Origin: Eledone cirrhosa
Taxonomy: Eukaryota
Direction: 5' to 3'
Length of the DNA stretch: 64,000 nt
Assembly (NCBI GenBank): GCA_964016885.1
Contig: CAXHJY010000928.1
Span: 682,001-746,000 of the forward strand
Positions 15,001 through 30,000 of this stretch are shown here, piece by piece. The position numbers were made by a program, and so were the translations under genes. Positions within the stretch are counted from its first letter, which is position 1, and each line of letters opens with the position of its first letter. The notes under the pieces are model-generated. The model saw only the letters and a program-made list of their open reading frames with translations, did no database searches and was not told where the DNA came from.

Positions 15001-18000
15001 TGTTATGAGAGAGACATGAGACAACACTTACTACATTGTCATCATTGTGTTAGTGATGTTATGAGAGAGACATGAGACAACACTTACTACACTGTTATCA
15101 TTGTGTTAGTGATGTTATGAGAGAGACATGAGACAACACTTACTACACTGTCATCATTGTGTTAGTGATGTTATGAGAGAGACAAGAGACAACACTTACT
15201 ACACTGTCATCATTGTTAGTGATGTTATGAGACACATGAGACTACCCTTACTACACTGTCATCATTGTGTTAGTGATATTATGAGAGAGACATGAGACAA
15301 CACTTACTACACTGTCATCATCGTGTTAGTGATATGAGAGACACAAGAGACAACACTTACTACACTGTCATCATTGTGTTAGTGATGTTATGAGAGGGAC
15401 ATGAGACAACACTTACTACACTGTCATCATTGTGTTAGTGATGTTATGAGAGACACAAGAGACAACACTTACTACGCTGTCATCATTGTGTTAGTGATGT
15501 TATGAGAGAGACATGAGACTACACTTACTACACTGTCATCATTGTGTTAGTGATGTTATGAGAGAGACATGAGACTACACTTACTACACTGTCATCATTG
15601 TTAGTGATGTTATGAGAGGGACATGAGACAACACTTACTACACTGTCATCATTGTGTTAGTGATGTTATGAGAGAGACAAGAGACTACACTTACTACACT
15701 GTCATCATTGTGTTAGTGGTGTTATGAGAGAGACATGAGACAACACTTACTACACTGTCATCATTGTGTTAGTGATGTTATGAGAGACACAAGAGACAAC
15801 ACTTACTATACTGTCATCATTGTGTTAGTGGTGTTATGAGAGAGACGTGAGACAACACTTACTACACTGTCATCTTTGTGTTAGTGATGTTATGAGAGAG
15901 ACATGAGACTACACTTACTACACTGTCATCATTGTTAGTGATGTTATGAGAGAGACATGAGACTACACTTACTACACTGTCATCATTGTTAGTGATGTTA
16001 TGAGAGAGACATGAGACAACACTTACTACACTGTCATCATTGTATTTGTCATGTTAGAGAGATATGAAACAACACTTACTACACTGTCATTGTGTTAGTG
16101 ATTTTATGAGAGAGACATGAGACAACACTTACTACACTGTCATCATTGTGTTAGTGATGTGATGAGAGAGACATGAGACAACACTTACTACACTGTTATC
16201 ATTGTGTTAGTGATGTTATTAGAGAGACATGAGACAACACTTACTACACTGTCATCATTGTGTTAGTGATGTTATGAGAGAGACAAGAGACAACACTTAC
16301 TACGCTGTCATCATTGTGTTAGTGATGTTATGAGAGAGACATGAGACTACACTTACTACACTGTCATCATTGTGTTAGTGATGTTATGAGAGACACAAGA
16401 GACAACACTTACTACGCTGTCATCATTGTGATAGTGATGTTATGAGAGAGACATGAGACTACACTTACTACTCTGTCATCATTGTGTTAGTGATGTTATG
16501 TGAGACACAAGAGACTACACTTACTACACTGTCATCATTGTATTAGTGATGTTATGAGAGACACAAGAGACAACACTTACTACACTGTCATCATTATGTT
16601 AGTGATGTTATGAGAGAGACATGAGACAACACTTACTACATTGTCATCATTGTGTTAGTGATGTTATGAGAGACACAAGAGACAACACTTACTACGCTGT
16701 CATCATTGTGTTAGTGATGTTATGAGAGAGACATGAGACTACACTTACTACACTGTCATCATTTTGTTAGTGATGTTATGAGAGAGACATGAGACAACAC
16801 TTACTACACTGTCATCATTGTGTTAGTGATGTTATGAGAGAGACATGAGACAACACTTACTACACTGTCATCATTGTGTTAGTGATGTTATGAGAGACAC
16901 AAGAGACAACACTTACTACACTGTCATCATTGTGTTAGTGATGTTATGAGAGAGACATGAGACAACACTTACTACACTGTCATCATTGTGTTAGTGATGT
17001 TATGAGAGACACAAGAGACAACACTTACTACACTGTCATCATTGTGTTAGTGATGTTATGAGAGGGACATGAGACAACACTTACTACACTGTCTTCATTG
17101 TGTTAGTGATGTTATGAGAGACACAAGAGACAACACTTACTACGCTGTCATCATTGTGTTAGTGATGTTATGAGAGAGACATGAGACTACACTTACTACA
17201 CTGTCATCATTGTGTTAGTGATGTTATGAGAGAGACATGAGACTACACTTACTACACTGTCATCATTGTTAGTGATGTTATGAGAGAGACATGACACAAC
17301 ACTTACTACACTGTCATCATTGTGTTAGTGATGTTATGAGAGAGACAAGAGACTACACTTACTACACTGTCATCATTGTGTTAGTGGTGTTATGAGAGAG
17401 ACATGAGACAACACTTACTACACTGTCATCATTGTGTTAGTGATGTTATGAGAGACACAAGAGACAACACTTACTACACTGTCATCATTGTGTTAGTGGT
17501 GTTATGAGAGAGACATGAGACAACACTTACTACACTGTCATCTTTGTGTTAGTGATGTTATGAGAGAGACATGAGACTACACTTACTACACTGTCATCAT
17601 TGTTAGTGATGTTATGAGAGAGACATGAGACTACACTTACTACACTGTCATCATTGTTAGTGATGTTATGAGAGAGACATGAGACAACACTTACTACACT
17701 GTCATCATTGTATTTGTCATGTTAGAGAGATATGAAACAACACTTACTACACTGTCATTGTGTTAGTGATTTTATGAGAGAGACATGAGACAACACTTCC
17801 TACACTGTCATCATTGTGTTAGTGATGTTATGAGAGAGACATGAGACAACACTTACTACACTGTTATCATTGTGTTAGTGATATTATTAGAGAGACATGA
17901 GACAACACTTACTACACTGTCATCATTGTGTTAGTGATGTTATGAGAGAGACAAGAGACAACACTTACTACACTGTCATCATTGTTAGTGATGTTATGAG

Positions 18001-21000
18001 AGAGACATGAGACTACACTTACTACACTGTCATCATTGTGTTAGTGATGTTATGAGAGAGACATGAGACAACACTTACTACACTGTCATCATTGTGTTAG
18101 TGATGTTATGAGAGAGACATGAGACAACACTTACTACACTGTCATCATTGTATTAGTGATGTTATGAGAGAGACAAGAGACACCACTTACTACACTGTCA
18201 TCATTGTTAGTGATGTTATGAGAGACACAAGAGACAACACTTACTACACTGTCATCATTGTGTTAGTGATGTTATGAGAGAGACATGAGACAACACTTAC
18301 TACACTGTCATCATTATGTTAGTGATGTCATGAGAGAGACATGAGACAACACTTACTACACTGTCATCATTGTATTAGTGATGTTATGAGAGAGACAAGA
18401 GACACCACTTACTACACTGTCATCATTGTTAGTGATGTTATGAGAGACACAAGAGACAACACTTACTACACTGTCATCATTGTGTTAGTGATGTTATGAG
18501 AGAGACATGAGACAACACTTACTACACTGTCATCATTATGTTAGTGATGTCATGAGAGAGACATGAGACAACACTTACTACACTGTCATCATTGTATTAG
18601 TGGTGTTATGAGAGTGACATGAGACAACACTTACTACACTGTCATCATTGTATTAGTGATGTTATGAGAGAGACATGAGACAGCACTTACTACACTGTCA
18701 TCATTGTATTAGTGGAGTTTATGAGAGAGACATGAGACAACACTTACTATACTGTCATCATTGTGTTAGTGATGTTATGAGAGACACAAGAGACAACACT
18801 TACTACGCTGTCATCATTGTGTTAGTGATGTTATGAGAGAGACATGAGACTACACTTACTACACTGTCATCATTGTGTTAGTGATGTTATGAGAGACACA
18901 AGAGACAACACTTACTACGCTGTCATCATTGTGTTAGTGATGTCATGAGAGAGACATGAGACAACACTTACCACACTGTCATCATTGTATTAGTGATGTT
19001 ATGAGAGAGACAAGAGACACCACTTACTACACTGTCATCATTGTTAGTGATGTTATGAGAGACACAAGAGACAACACTTACTACACTGTCATCATTGTGT
19101 TAGTGATGTTATGAGAGAGACATGAGACAACACTTACTACACTGTCATCATTGGGTTAGTGATGTCATGAGAGAGACATGAGACAGCACTTACTACACTG
19201 TCATCATTGTATTAGTGGTGTTTATGAGAGAGACATGAGACAACACTTACTATACTGTCATCATTGTGTTATTGATGTTATGAGAGACACAAGAGACAAC
19301 ACTTACTACGCTGTCATCATTGTGTTAGTGATGTTATGAGAGAGACATGAGACTACACTTACTACACTGTCATCATTGTGTTAGTGATGTTATGAGAGAC
19401 ACAAGAGACAACACTTACTACGCTGTCATCATTGTGTTAGTGATGTTATGAGAGAGACATGAGACTACACTTACTACTCTGTCATCATTGTGTTAGTGAT
19501 GTTATGTGAGACACGAGACTACACTTACTACACTGTCATCATTGTGTTAGTGATGTTATGAGAGTGACATGAGACAACACTTACTACACTGTCATCATTG
19601 TATTAGTGATGTTATGAGAGAGACATGAGACAGCACTTACTACACTGTCATCATTGTATTAGTGGTGTTTATGAGAGAGACATGAGACAACACTTACTAT
19701 ACTGTCATCATTGTGTTAGTGATGTTATGAGAGACACAAGAGACAACACTTACTACGCTGTCATCATTGTGTTAGTGATGTTATGAGAGAGACATGAGAC
19801 TACACTTACTACACTGTCATCATTGTGTTAGTGATGTTATGAGAGACAAGAGACAACACTTACTACGCTGTCATCATTGTGTTAGTGATGTTATGAGAGA
19901 GACATGAGACTACACTTACTACTCTGTCATCATTGTGTTAGTGATGTTATGTGAGACACAAGAGACTACACTTACTACACTGTCATCATTGTATTAGTGA
20001 TGTTATGAGAGACACAAGAGACAACACTTACTACACTGTCATCATTATGTTAGTGATGTTATGAGAGAGACATGAGACAACACTTACTACATTGTCATCA
20101 TTGTGTTAGTGATGTTATGAGAGACACAAGAGACAACACTTACTACGCTGTCATCATTGTGTTAGTGATGTTATGAGAGAGACATGAGACTACACTTACT
20201 ACACTGTCATCATTTTGTTAGTGATGTTATGAGAGAGACATGAGACAACACTTACTACACTGTCATCATTGTGTTAGTGATGTTATGAGAGAGACATGAG
20301 ACAACACTTACTACACTGTCATCATTGTGTTAGTGATGTTATGAGAGACACAAGAGACAACACTTACTACACTGTCATCATTGTGTTAGTGATGTTATGA
20401 GAGAGACATGAGACAACACTTACTACACTGTCATCATTGTGTTAGTGATGTTATGAGAGACACAAGAGACAACACTTACTACACTGTCATCATTGTGTTA
20501 GTGATGTTATGAGAGGGACATGAGACAACACTTACTACACTGTCTTCATTGTGTTAGTGATGTTATGAGAGACACAAGAGACAACACTTACTACGCTGTC
20601 ATCATTGTGTTAGTGATGTTATGAGAGAGACATGAGACTACACTTACTACACTGTCATCATTGTGTTAGTGATGTTATGAGAGAGACATGAGACTGCACT
20701 TACTACACTGTCATCATTGTTAGTGATGTTATGAGAGAGACATGAGACAACACTTACTACACTGTCATCATTGTGTTAGTGATGTTATGAGAGAGACAAG
20801 AGACTACACTTACTACACTGTCATCATTGTTTTAGTGGTGTTATGAGAGAGACATGAGACAACACTTACTACACTGTCATCATTGTGTTAGTGATGTTAT
20901 GAGAGACACAAGAGACAACACTTACTACACTGTCATCATTGTGTTAGTGGTGTTATGAGAGAGACATGAGACAACACTTACTACACTGTCATCTTTGTGT

Positions 21001-24000
21001 TAGTGATGTTATGAGAGAGACATGAGACTACACTTACTACACTGTCATCATTGTTAGTGATGTTATGAGAGAGACATGAGACTACACTTACTACACTGTC
21101 ATCATTGTTAGTGATGTTATGAGAGACACAAGAGACAACACTTACTACACTGTCATCATTGTTAGTGATGTTATGAGAGACACAAGAGACAACACTTACT
21201 ACACTGTCATCATTGTGTTAGTGATGTTATGAGAGACACAAACGACAACACTTACTACACTGTCATCATTGTGTTAGTGATGTTTTGAGAGACACAAGAG
21301 ACAACACTTACTACACTGTCATCATTGTGTTAGTGATGTTATGAGAGAGACATGAGACAACACTTACTACACTGTCATCATTGTGTTAGTGATGTTATGA
21401 GAGAGACATGAGACAACACTTACTACGCTGTCATCATTGTATTAGTGGTGTTATGAGAGAGACATGAGACGACACTTGCTACACTGCCATCATTGTGTTA
21501 GTGATGTTATGAGAGACACAAGAGACAACACTTACTACACTGTCATCATTGTGTTAGTGATGTTATGAGAGACACAAGAGACAACACTTACTACGCTGTC
21601 ATCATTGTGTTAGTGATGTTATGAGACAACACTTGCTACACTGTCATCATTGTGTTAGTGATGTTATGAGAGAGACATGAGACAGCACTTACTACACTGC
21701 ATTCATTGTGTTAGTGATGTTATGAGAGACACAAGAGACAACACTTACTACGCTGTCATCATTGTGTTAGTGATGTTATGAGAGACACAAGAGACAACAC
21801 TTACTACGCTGTCATCATTGTGTTAGTGATGTTATGAGACAACACTTACTACACTGTCATCATTGTGTTAGTGATGTTATGAGAGAGACATGAGACAACA
21901 CTTACTACAGTGTCATCATTGTGTTAGTGATGTTATGAGAGACACAAGAGACAACACTTACTACGCAGTCATCATTGTGTTATTGATGTTATGAGAGAGA
22001 CATGAGACTACACTTACTACATTGTCATCATTGTGTTAGTGATGTTATGAGAGAGACATGAGACAACACTTACTACACTGTTATCATTGTGTTAGTGATG
22101 TTATGAGAGAGACATGAGACAACACTTACTACACTGTCATCATTGTGTTAGTGATGTTATGAGAGAGACAAGAGACAACACTTACTACACTGTCATCATT
22201 GTTAGTGATGTTATGAGACACATGAGACTACACTTACTACACTGTCATCATTGTGTTAGTGATTTGAGAGACACAAGAGACAACACTTACTACGCTGTCA
22301 TCATTGTGTTAGTGATGTTATGAGAGAGACATGAGACAACACTTACTACACTGTCATCATTGTATTAGTGGTGTTATGAGAGAGACATGAGACAACACTT
22401 ACTACACTGTCATCATTGTGTTAGTGATGTTATGAGATAGACATGAGACAACATTTACTACACTGTCATCATTGTATTAGTGATGTTATGAGAGAGACAA
22501 GAGACAACACTTACTACACTGTCATCATTGTATTAGTGGTGTTATGAGAGAGATGTTGAGACAGCACTTACTACACTCAGCATTGTGTTAGTGATGTTAT
22601 GAGAGAGACATGAGACAACACTTACTACACTCTCATCATTGTGTTAGTGATGTTATGAGAGAGACATGTGACAACACTTACTACGCTGTCATCATTGTAT
22701 TAGTGGTGTTATGAGAGAGACATGAGACAACACTTACTACGCTGTCATCATTGTGTTAGTGATGTTATGAGAGAGACATGAGACAGCACTTGCTACACTG
22801 TCATCATTGTGTTAGTGATGTAATGAGAGAGACATGAGACAACACTTACTACACTGTCATCATTGTGTTAGTGATGTTATGAGAGAGACATGAGACAACA
22901 CTTACTACACTGTCATCATTGTGTTACTGATGTTATGAGAGACACAAGAGACAACACTTACTACACTGTCATCATTGTTAGTGATGTTATGAGAGACACA
23001 AGAGACAACACTTACTACACTGTCATCATTGTGTTAGTGATGTTATGAGAGACACAAACGAAAACACTTACTACACTGTCATCATTGTGTTAGTGATGTT
23101 TTGTGAGACACAAGAGACAACACTGACTACACTGTCATCATTGTGTTAGTGATGTTATGAGAGAGACATGAGACAACACTTACTACACTGTCATCATTGT
23201 GTTAGTGATGTTATGAGAGAGACATGAGACAACACTTACTACACTGTCATCATTGTATTAGTGATGTTATGAGAGAGACAAGAGACAACACTTACTACAC
23301 TGTCATCATTGTGTTAGTGTTGTTATGAGAGAGATGTTGAGACAGCATTTACTACACTGTCATCATTGTATTAGTGGTGTTATGAGAGAGACATGAGACA
23401 ACACTTACTACACTGTCATCATTGTATTAGTGATGTTATGAGAGAGATAAGAGACAACACTTACTACACTGTCATCATTGTATTAGTGGTGTTATGAGAG
23501 AGATGTTGAGACAGCACTTACTACACTGTCATCATTGTGTTAGTGATGTTATGAGAGAGACATGAGACAGCACTTACTACACTGCATTCATTGTGTTAGT
23601 GATGTTATGAGAGACACAAGAGACAACACTTTCTACGCTGTCATCATTGTGTTAGTGATGTTATGAGACAACACTTACTACACTGTCATCATTGTGTTAG
23701 TGATGTTATGAGAGAGACATGAGACAACACTTACTACACTGTCATCATTGTGTTAGTGATGTTATGAGAGACACAAGAGACAACACTTACTACGCAGTCA
23801 TCATTGTGTTATTGATGTTATGAGAGAGACATGAGACAACACTTACTACATTGTCATCATTGTGTTAGTGATGTTATGAGAGAGACATGAGACAACACTT
23901 ACTACACTGTTATCATTGTGTTAGTGATGTTATGAGAGAGACATGAGACAACACTTACTACACTGTCATCATTGTGTTAGTGATGTTATGAGAGAGACAA

Positions 24001-27000
24001 GAGACAACACTTACTACACTGTCATCATTGTTAGTGATGTTATGAGACACATGAGACTACCCTTACTACACTGTCATCATTGTGTTAGTGATATTATGAG
24101 AGAGACATGAGACAACACTTACTACACTGTCATCATCGTGTTAGTGATATGAGAGACACAAGAGACAACACTTACTACACTGTCATCATTGTGTTAGTGA
24201 TGTTATGAGAGACACAAGAGACAACACTTACTACGCTGTCATCATTGTGTTAGTGATGTTATGAGAGAGACATGAGACTACACTTACTACACTGTCATCA
24301 TTGTGTTAGTGATGTTATGAGAGAGACATGAGACTACACTTACTACACTGTCATCATTGTTAGTGATGTTATGAGAGGGACATGAGACAACACTTACTAC
24401 ACTGTCATCATTGTGTTAGTGATGTTATGAGAGAGACAAGAGACTACACTTACTACACTGTCATCATTGTGTTAGTGGTGTTATGAGAGAGACATGAGAC
24501 AACACTTACTACACTGTCATCATTGTGTTAGTGATGTTATGAGAGACACAAGAGACAACACTTACTATACTGTCATCATTGTGTTAGTGGTGTTATGAGA
24601 GAGACATGAGACAACACTTACTACACTGTCATCTTTGTGTTAGTGATGTTATGAGAGAGACATGAGACTACACTTACTACACTGTCATCATTGTTAGTGA
24701 TGTTATGAGAGAGACATGAGACTACACTTACTACACTGTCATCATTGTTAGTGATGTTATGAGAGAGACATGAGACAACACTTACTACACTGTCATCATT
24801 GTATTTGTCATGTTAGAGAGATATGAAACAACACTTACTACACTGTCATTGTGTTAGTGATTTTATGAGAGAGACATGAGACAACACTTACTACACTGTC
24901 ATCATTGTGTTAGTGATGTGATGAGAGAGACATGAGACAACACTTACTACACTGTTATCATTGTGTTAGTGATGTTATTAGAGAGACATGAGACAACACT
25001 TACTACACTGTCATCATTGTGTTAGTGATGTTATGAGAGAGACAAGAGACAACACTTACTACGCTGTCATCATTGTGTTAGTGATGTTATGAGAGAGACA
25101 TGAGACTACACTTACTACACTGTCATCATTGTGTTAGTGATGTTATGAGAGACACAAGAGACAACACTTACTACGCTGTCATCATTGTGATAGTGATGTT
25201 ATGAGAGAGACATGAGACTACACTTACTACTCTGTCATCATTGTGTTAGTGATGTTATGTGAGACACAAGAGACTACACTTACTACACTGTCATCATTGT
25301 ATTAGTGATGTTATGAGAGACACAAGAGACAACACTTACTACACTGTCATCATTATGTTAGTGATGTTATGAGAGAGACATGAGACAACACTTACTACAT
25401 TGTCATCATTGTGTTAGTGATGTTATGAGAGACACAAGAGACAACACTTACTACGCTGTCATCATTGTGTTAGTGATGTTATGAGAGAGACATGAGACTA
25501 CACTTACTACACTGTCATCATTTTGTTAGTGATGTTATGAGAGAGACATGAGACAACACTTACTACACTGTCATCATTGTGTTAGTGATGTTATGAGAGA
25601 GACATGAGACAACACTTACTACACTGTCATCATTGTGTTAGTGATGTTATGAGAGACACAAGAGACAACACTTACTACACTGTCATCATTGTGTTAGTGA
25701 TGTTATGAGAGAGACATGAGACAACACTTACTACACTGTCATCATTGTGTTAGTGATGTTATGAGAGACACAAGAGACAACACTTACTACACTGTCATCA
25801 TTGTGTTAGTGATGTTATGAGAGGGACATGAGACAACACTTACTACACTGTCTTCATTGTGTTAGTGATGTTATGAGAGACACAAGAGACAACACTTACT
25901 ACGCTGTCATCATTGTGTTAGTGATGTTATGAGAGAGACATGAGACTACACTTACTACACTGTCATCATTGTGTTAGTGATGTTATGAGAGAGACATGAG
26001 ACTACACTTACTACACTGTCATCATTGTTAGTGATGTTATGAGAGAGACATGACACAACACTTACTACACTGTCATCATTGTGTTAGTGATGTTATGAGA
26101 GAGACAAGAGACTACACTTACTACACTGTCATCATTGTGTTAGTGGTGTTATGAGAGAGACATGAGACAACACTTACTACACTGTCATCATTGTGTTAGT
26201 GATGTTATGAGAGACAAAAGAGACAACACTTACTACACTGTCATCATTGTGTTAGTGGTGTTATGAGAGAGACATGAGACAACACTTACTACACTGTCAT
26301 CTTTGTGTTAGTGATGTTATGAGAGAGACATGAGACTACACTTACTACACTGTCATCATTGTTAGTGATGTTATGAGAGAGACATGAGACTACACTTACT
26401 ACACTGTCATCATTGTTAGTGATGTTATGAGAGAGACATGAGACAACACTTACTACACTGTCATCATTGTATTTGTCATGTTAGAGAGATATGAAACAAC
26501 ACTTACTACACTGTCATTGTGTTAGTGATTTTATGAGAGAGACATGAGACAACACTTCCTACACTGTCATCATTGTGTTAGTGATGTTATGAGAGAGACA
26601 TGAGACAACACTTACTACACTGTTATCATTGTGTTAGTGATATTATTAGAGAGACATGAGACAACACTTACTACACTGTCATCATTGTGTTAGTGATGTT
26701 ATGAGAGAGACAAGAGACAACACTTACTACACTGTCATCATTGTTAGTGATGTTATGAGAGAGACATGAGACTACACTTACTACACTGTCATCATTGTGT
26801 TAGTGATGTTATGAGAGAGACATGAGACAACACTTACTACACTGTCATCATTGTGTTAGTGATGTTATGAGAGAGACATGAGACAACACTTACTACACTG
26901 TCATCATTGTATTAGTGATGTTATGAGAGAGACAAGAGACACCACTTACTACACTGTCATCATTGTTAGTGATGTTATGAGAGACACAAGAGACAACACT

Positions 27001-30000
27001 TACTACACTGTCATCATTGTGTTAGTGATGTTATGAGAGAGACATGAGACAACACTTACTACACTGTCATCATTATGTTAGTGATGTCATGAGAGAGACA
27101 TGAGACAACACTTACTACACTGTCATCATTGTATTAGTGATGTTATGAGAGAGACAAGAGACACCACTTACTACACTGTCATCATTGTTAGTGATGTTAT
27201 GAGAGACACAAGAGACAACACTTACTACACTGTCATCATTGTGTTAGTGATGTTATGAGAGAGACATGAGACAACACTTACTACACTGTCATCATTATGT
27301 TAGTGATGTCATGAGAGAGACATGAGACAACACTTACTACACTGTCATCATTGTATTAGTGGTGTTATGAGAGTGACATGAGACAACACTTACTACACTG
27401 TCATCATTGTATTAGTGATGTTATGAGAGAGACATGAGACAGCACTTACTACACTGTCATCATTGTATTAGTGGAGTTTATGAGAGAGACATGAGACAAC
27501 ACTTACTATACTGTCATCATTGTGTTAGTGATGTTATGAGAGACACAAGAGACAACACTTACTACGCTGTCATCATTGTGTTAGTGATGTTATGAGAGAG
27601 ACATGAGACTACACTTACTACACTGTCATCATTGTGTTAGTGATGTTATGAGAGACACAAGAGACAACACTTACTACGCTGTCATCATTGTGTTAGTGAT
27701 GTCATGAGAGAGATATGAGACAACACTTACTACACTGTCATCATTGTATTAGTGATGTTATGAGAGAGACAAGAGACACCACTTACTACACTGTCATCAT
27801 TGTTAGTGATGTTATGAGAGACACAAGAGACAACACTTACTACACTGTCATCATTGTGTTAGTGATGTTATGAGAGAGACATGAGACAACACTTACTACA
27901 CTGTCATCATTGGGTTAGTGATGTCATGAGAGAGACATGAGACAGCACTTACTACACTGTCATCATTGTATTAGTGGTGTTTATGAGAGAGACATGAGAC
28001 AACACTTACTATACTGTCATCATTGTGTTATTGATGTTATGAGAGACACAAGAGACAACACTTACTACGCTGTCATCATTGTGTTAGTGATGTTATGAGA
28101 GAGACATGAGACTACACTTACTACACTGTCATCATTGTGTTAGTGATGTTATGAGAGACACAAGAGACAACACTTACTACGCTGTCATCATTGTGTTAGT
28201 GATGTTATGAGAGAGACATGAGACTACACTTACTACTCTGTCATCATTGTGTTAGTGATGTTATGTGAGACACGAGACTACACTTACTACACTGTCATCA
28301 TTGTGTTAGTGATGTTATGAGAGTGACATGAGACAACACTTACTACACTGTCATCATTGTATTAGTGATGTTATGAGAGAGACATGAGACAGCACTTACT
28401 ACACTGTCATCATTGTATTAGTGGTGTTTATGAGAGAGACATGAGACAACACTTACTATACTGTCATCATTGTGTTAGTGATGTTATGAGAGACACAAGA
28501 GACAACACTTACTACGCTGTCATCATTGTGTTAGTGATGTTATGAGAGAGACATGAGACTACACTTACTACACTGTCATCATTGTGTTAGTGATGTTATG
28601 AGAGACAAGAGACAACACTTACTACGCTGTCATCATTGTGTTAGTGATGTTATGAGAGAGACATGAGACTACACTTACTACTCTGTCATCATTGTGTTAG
28701 TGATGTTATGTGAGACACAAGAGACTACACTTACTACACTGTCATCATTGTATTAGTGATGTTATGAGAGACACAAGAGACAACACTTACTACACTGTCA
28801 TCATTATGTTAGTGATGTTATGAGAGAGACATGAGACAACACTTACTACATTGTCATCATTGTGTTAGTGATGTTATGAGAGACACAAGAGACAACACTT
28901 ACTACGCTGTCATCATTGTGTTAGTGATGTTATGAGAGAGACATGAGACTACACTTACTACACTGTCATCATTTTGTTAGTGATGTTATGAGAGAGACAT
29001 GAGACAACACTTACTACACTGTCATCATTGTGTTAGTGATGTTATGAGAGAGACATGAGACAACACTTACTACACTGTCATCATTGTGTTAGTGATGTTA
29101 TGAGAGACACAAGAGACAACACTTACTACACTGTCATCATTGTGTTAGTGATGTTATGAGAGAGACATGAGACAACACTTACTACACTGTCATCATTGTG
29201 TTAGTGATGTTATGAGAGACACAAGAGACAACACTTACTACACTGTCATCATTGTGTTAGTGATGTTATGAGAGGGACATGAGACAACACTTACTACACT
29301 GTCTTCATTGTGTTAGTGATGTTATGAGAGACACAAGAGACAACACTTACTACGCTGTCATCATTGTGTTAGTGATGTTATGAGAGAGACATGAGACTAC
29401 ACTTACTACACTGTCATCATTGTGTTAGTGATGTTATGAGAGAGACATGAGACTGCACTTACTACACTGTCATCATTGTTAGTGATGTTATGAGAGAGAC
29501 ATGAGACAACACTTACTACACTGTCATCATTGTGTTAGTGATGTTATGAGAGAGACAAGAGACTACACTTACTACACTGTCATCATTGTTTTAGTGGTGT
29601 TATGAGAGAGACATGAGACAACACTTACTACACTGTCATCATTGTGTTAGTGATGTTATGAGAGACACAAGAGACAACACTTACTACACTGTCATCATTG
29701 TGTTAGTGGTGTTATGAGAGAGACATGAGACAACACTTACTACACTGTCATCTTTGTGTTAGTGATGTTATGAGAGAGACATGAGACTACACTTACTACA
29801 CTGTCATCATTGTTAGTGATGTTATGAGAGAGACATGAGACTACACTTACTACACTGTCATCATTGTTAGTGATGTTATGAGAGAGACATGAGACAACAC
29901 TTACTACACTGTCATCATTGTATTTGTCATGTTAGAGAGATATGAAACAACACTTACTACACTGTCATTGTGTTAGTGATTTTATGAGAGAGACATGAGA

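Noticed and set aside
3308-22323. Three 69-aa His/Cys-rich ORFs in the satellite
   Set aside because: Chance read-through of monomers with small deletions; their recurrence only marks higher-order duplications.
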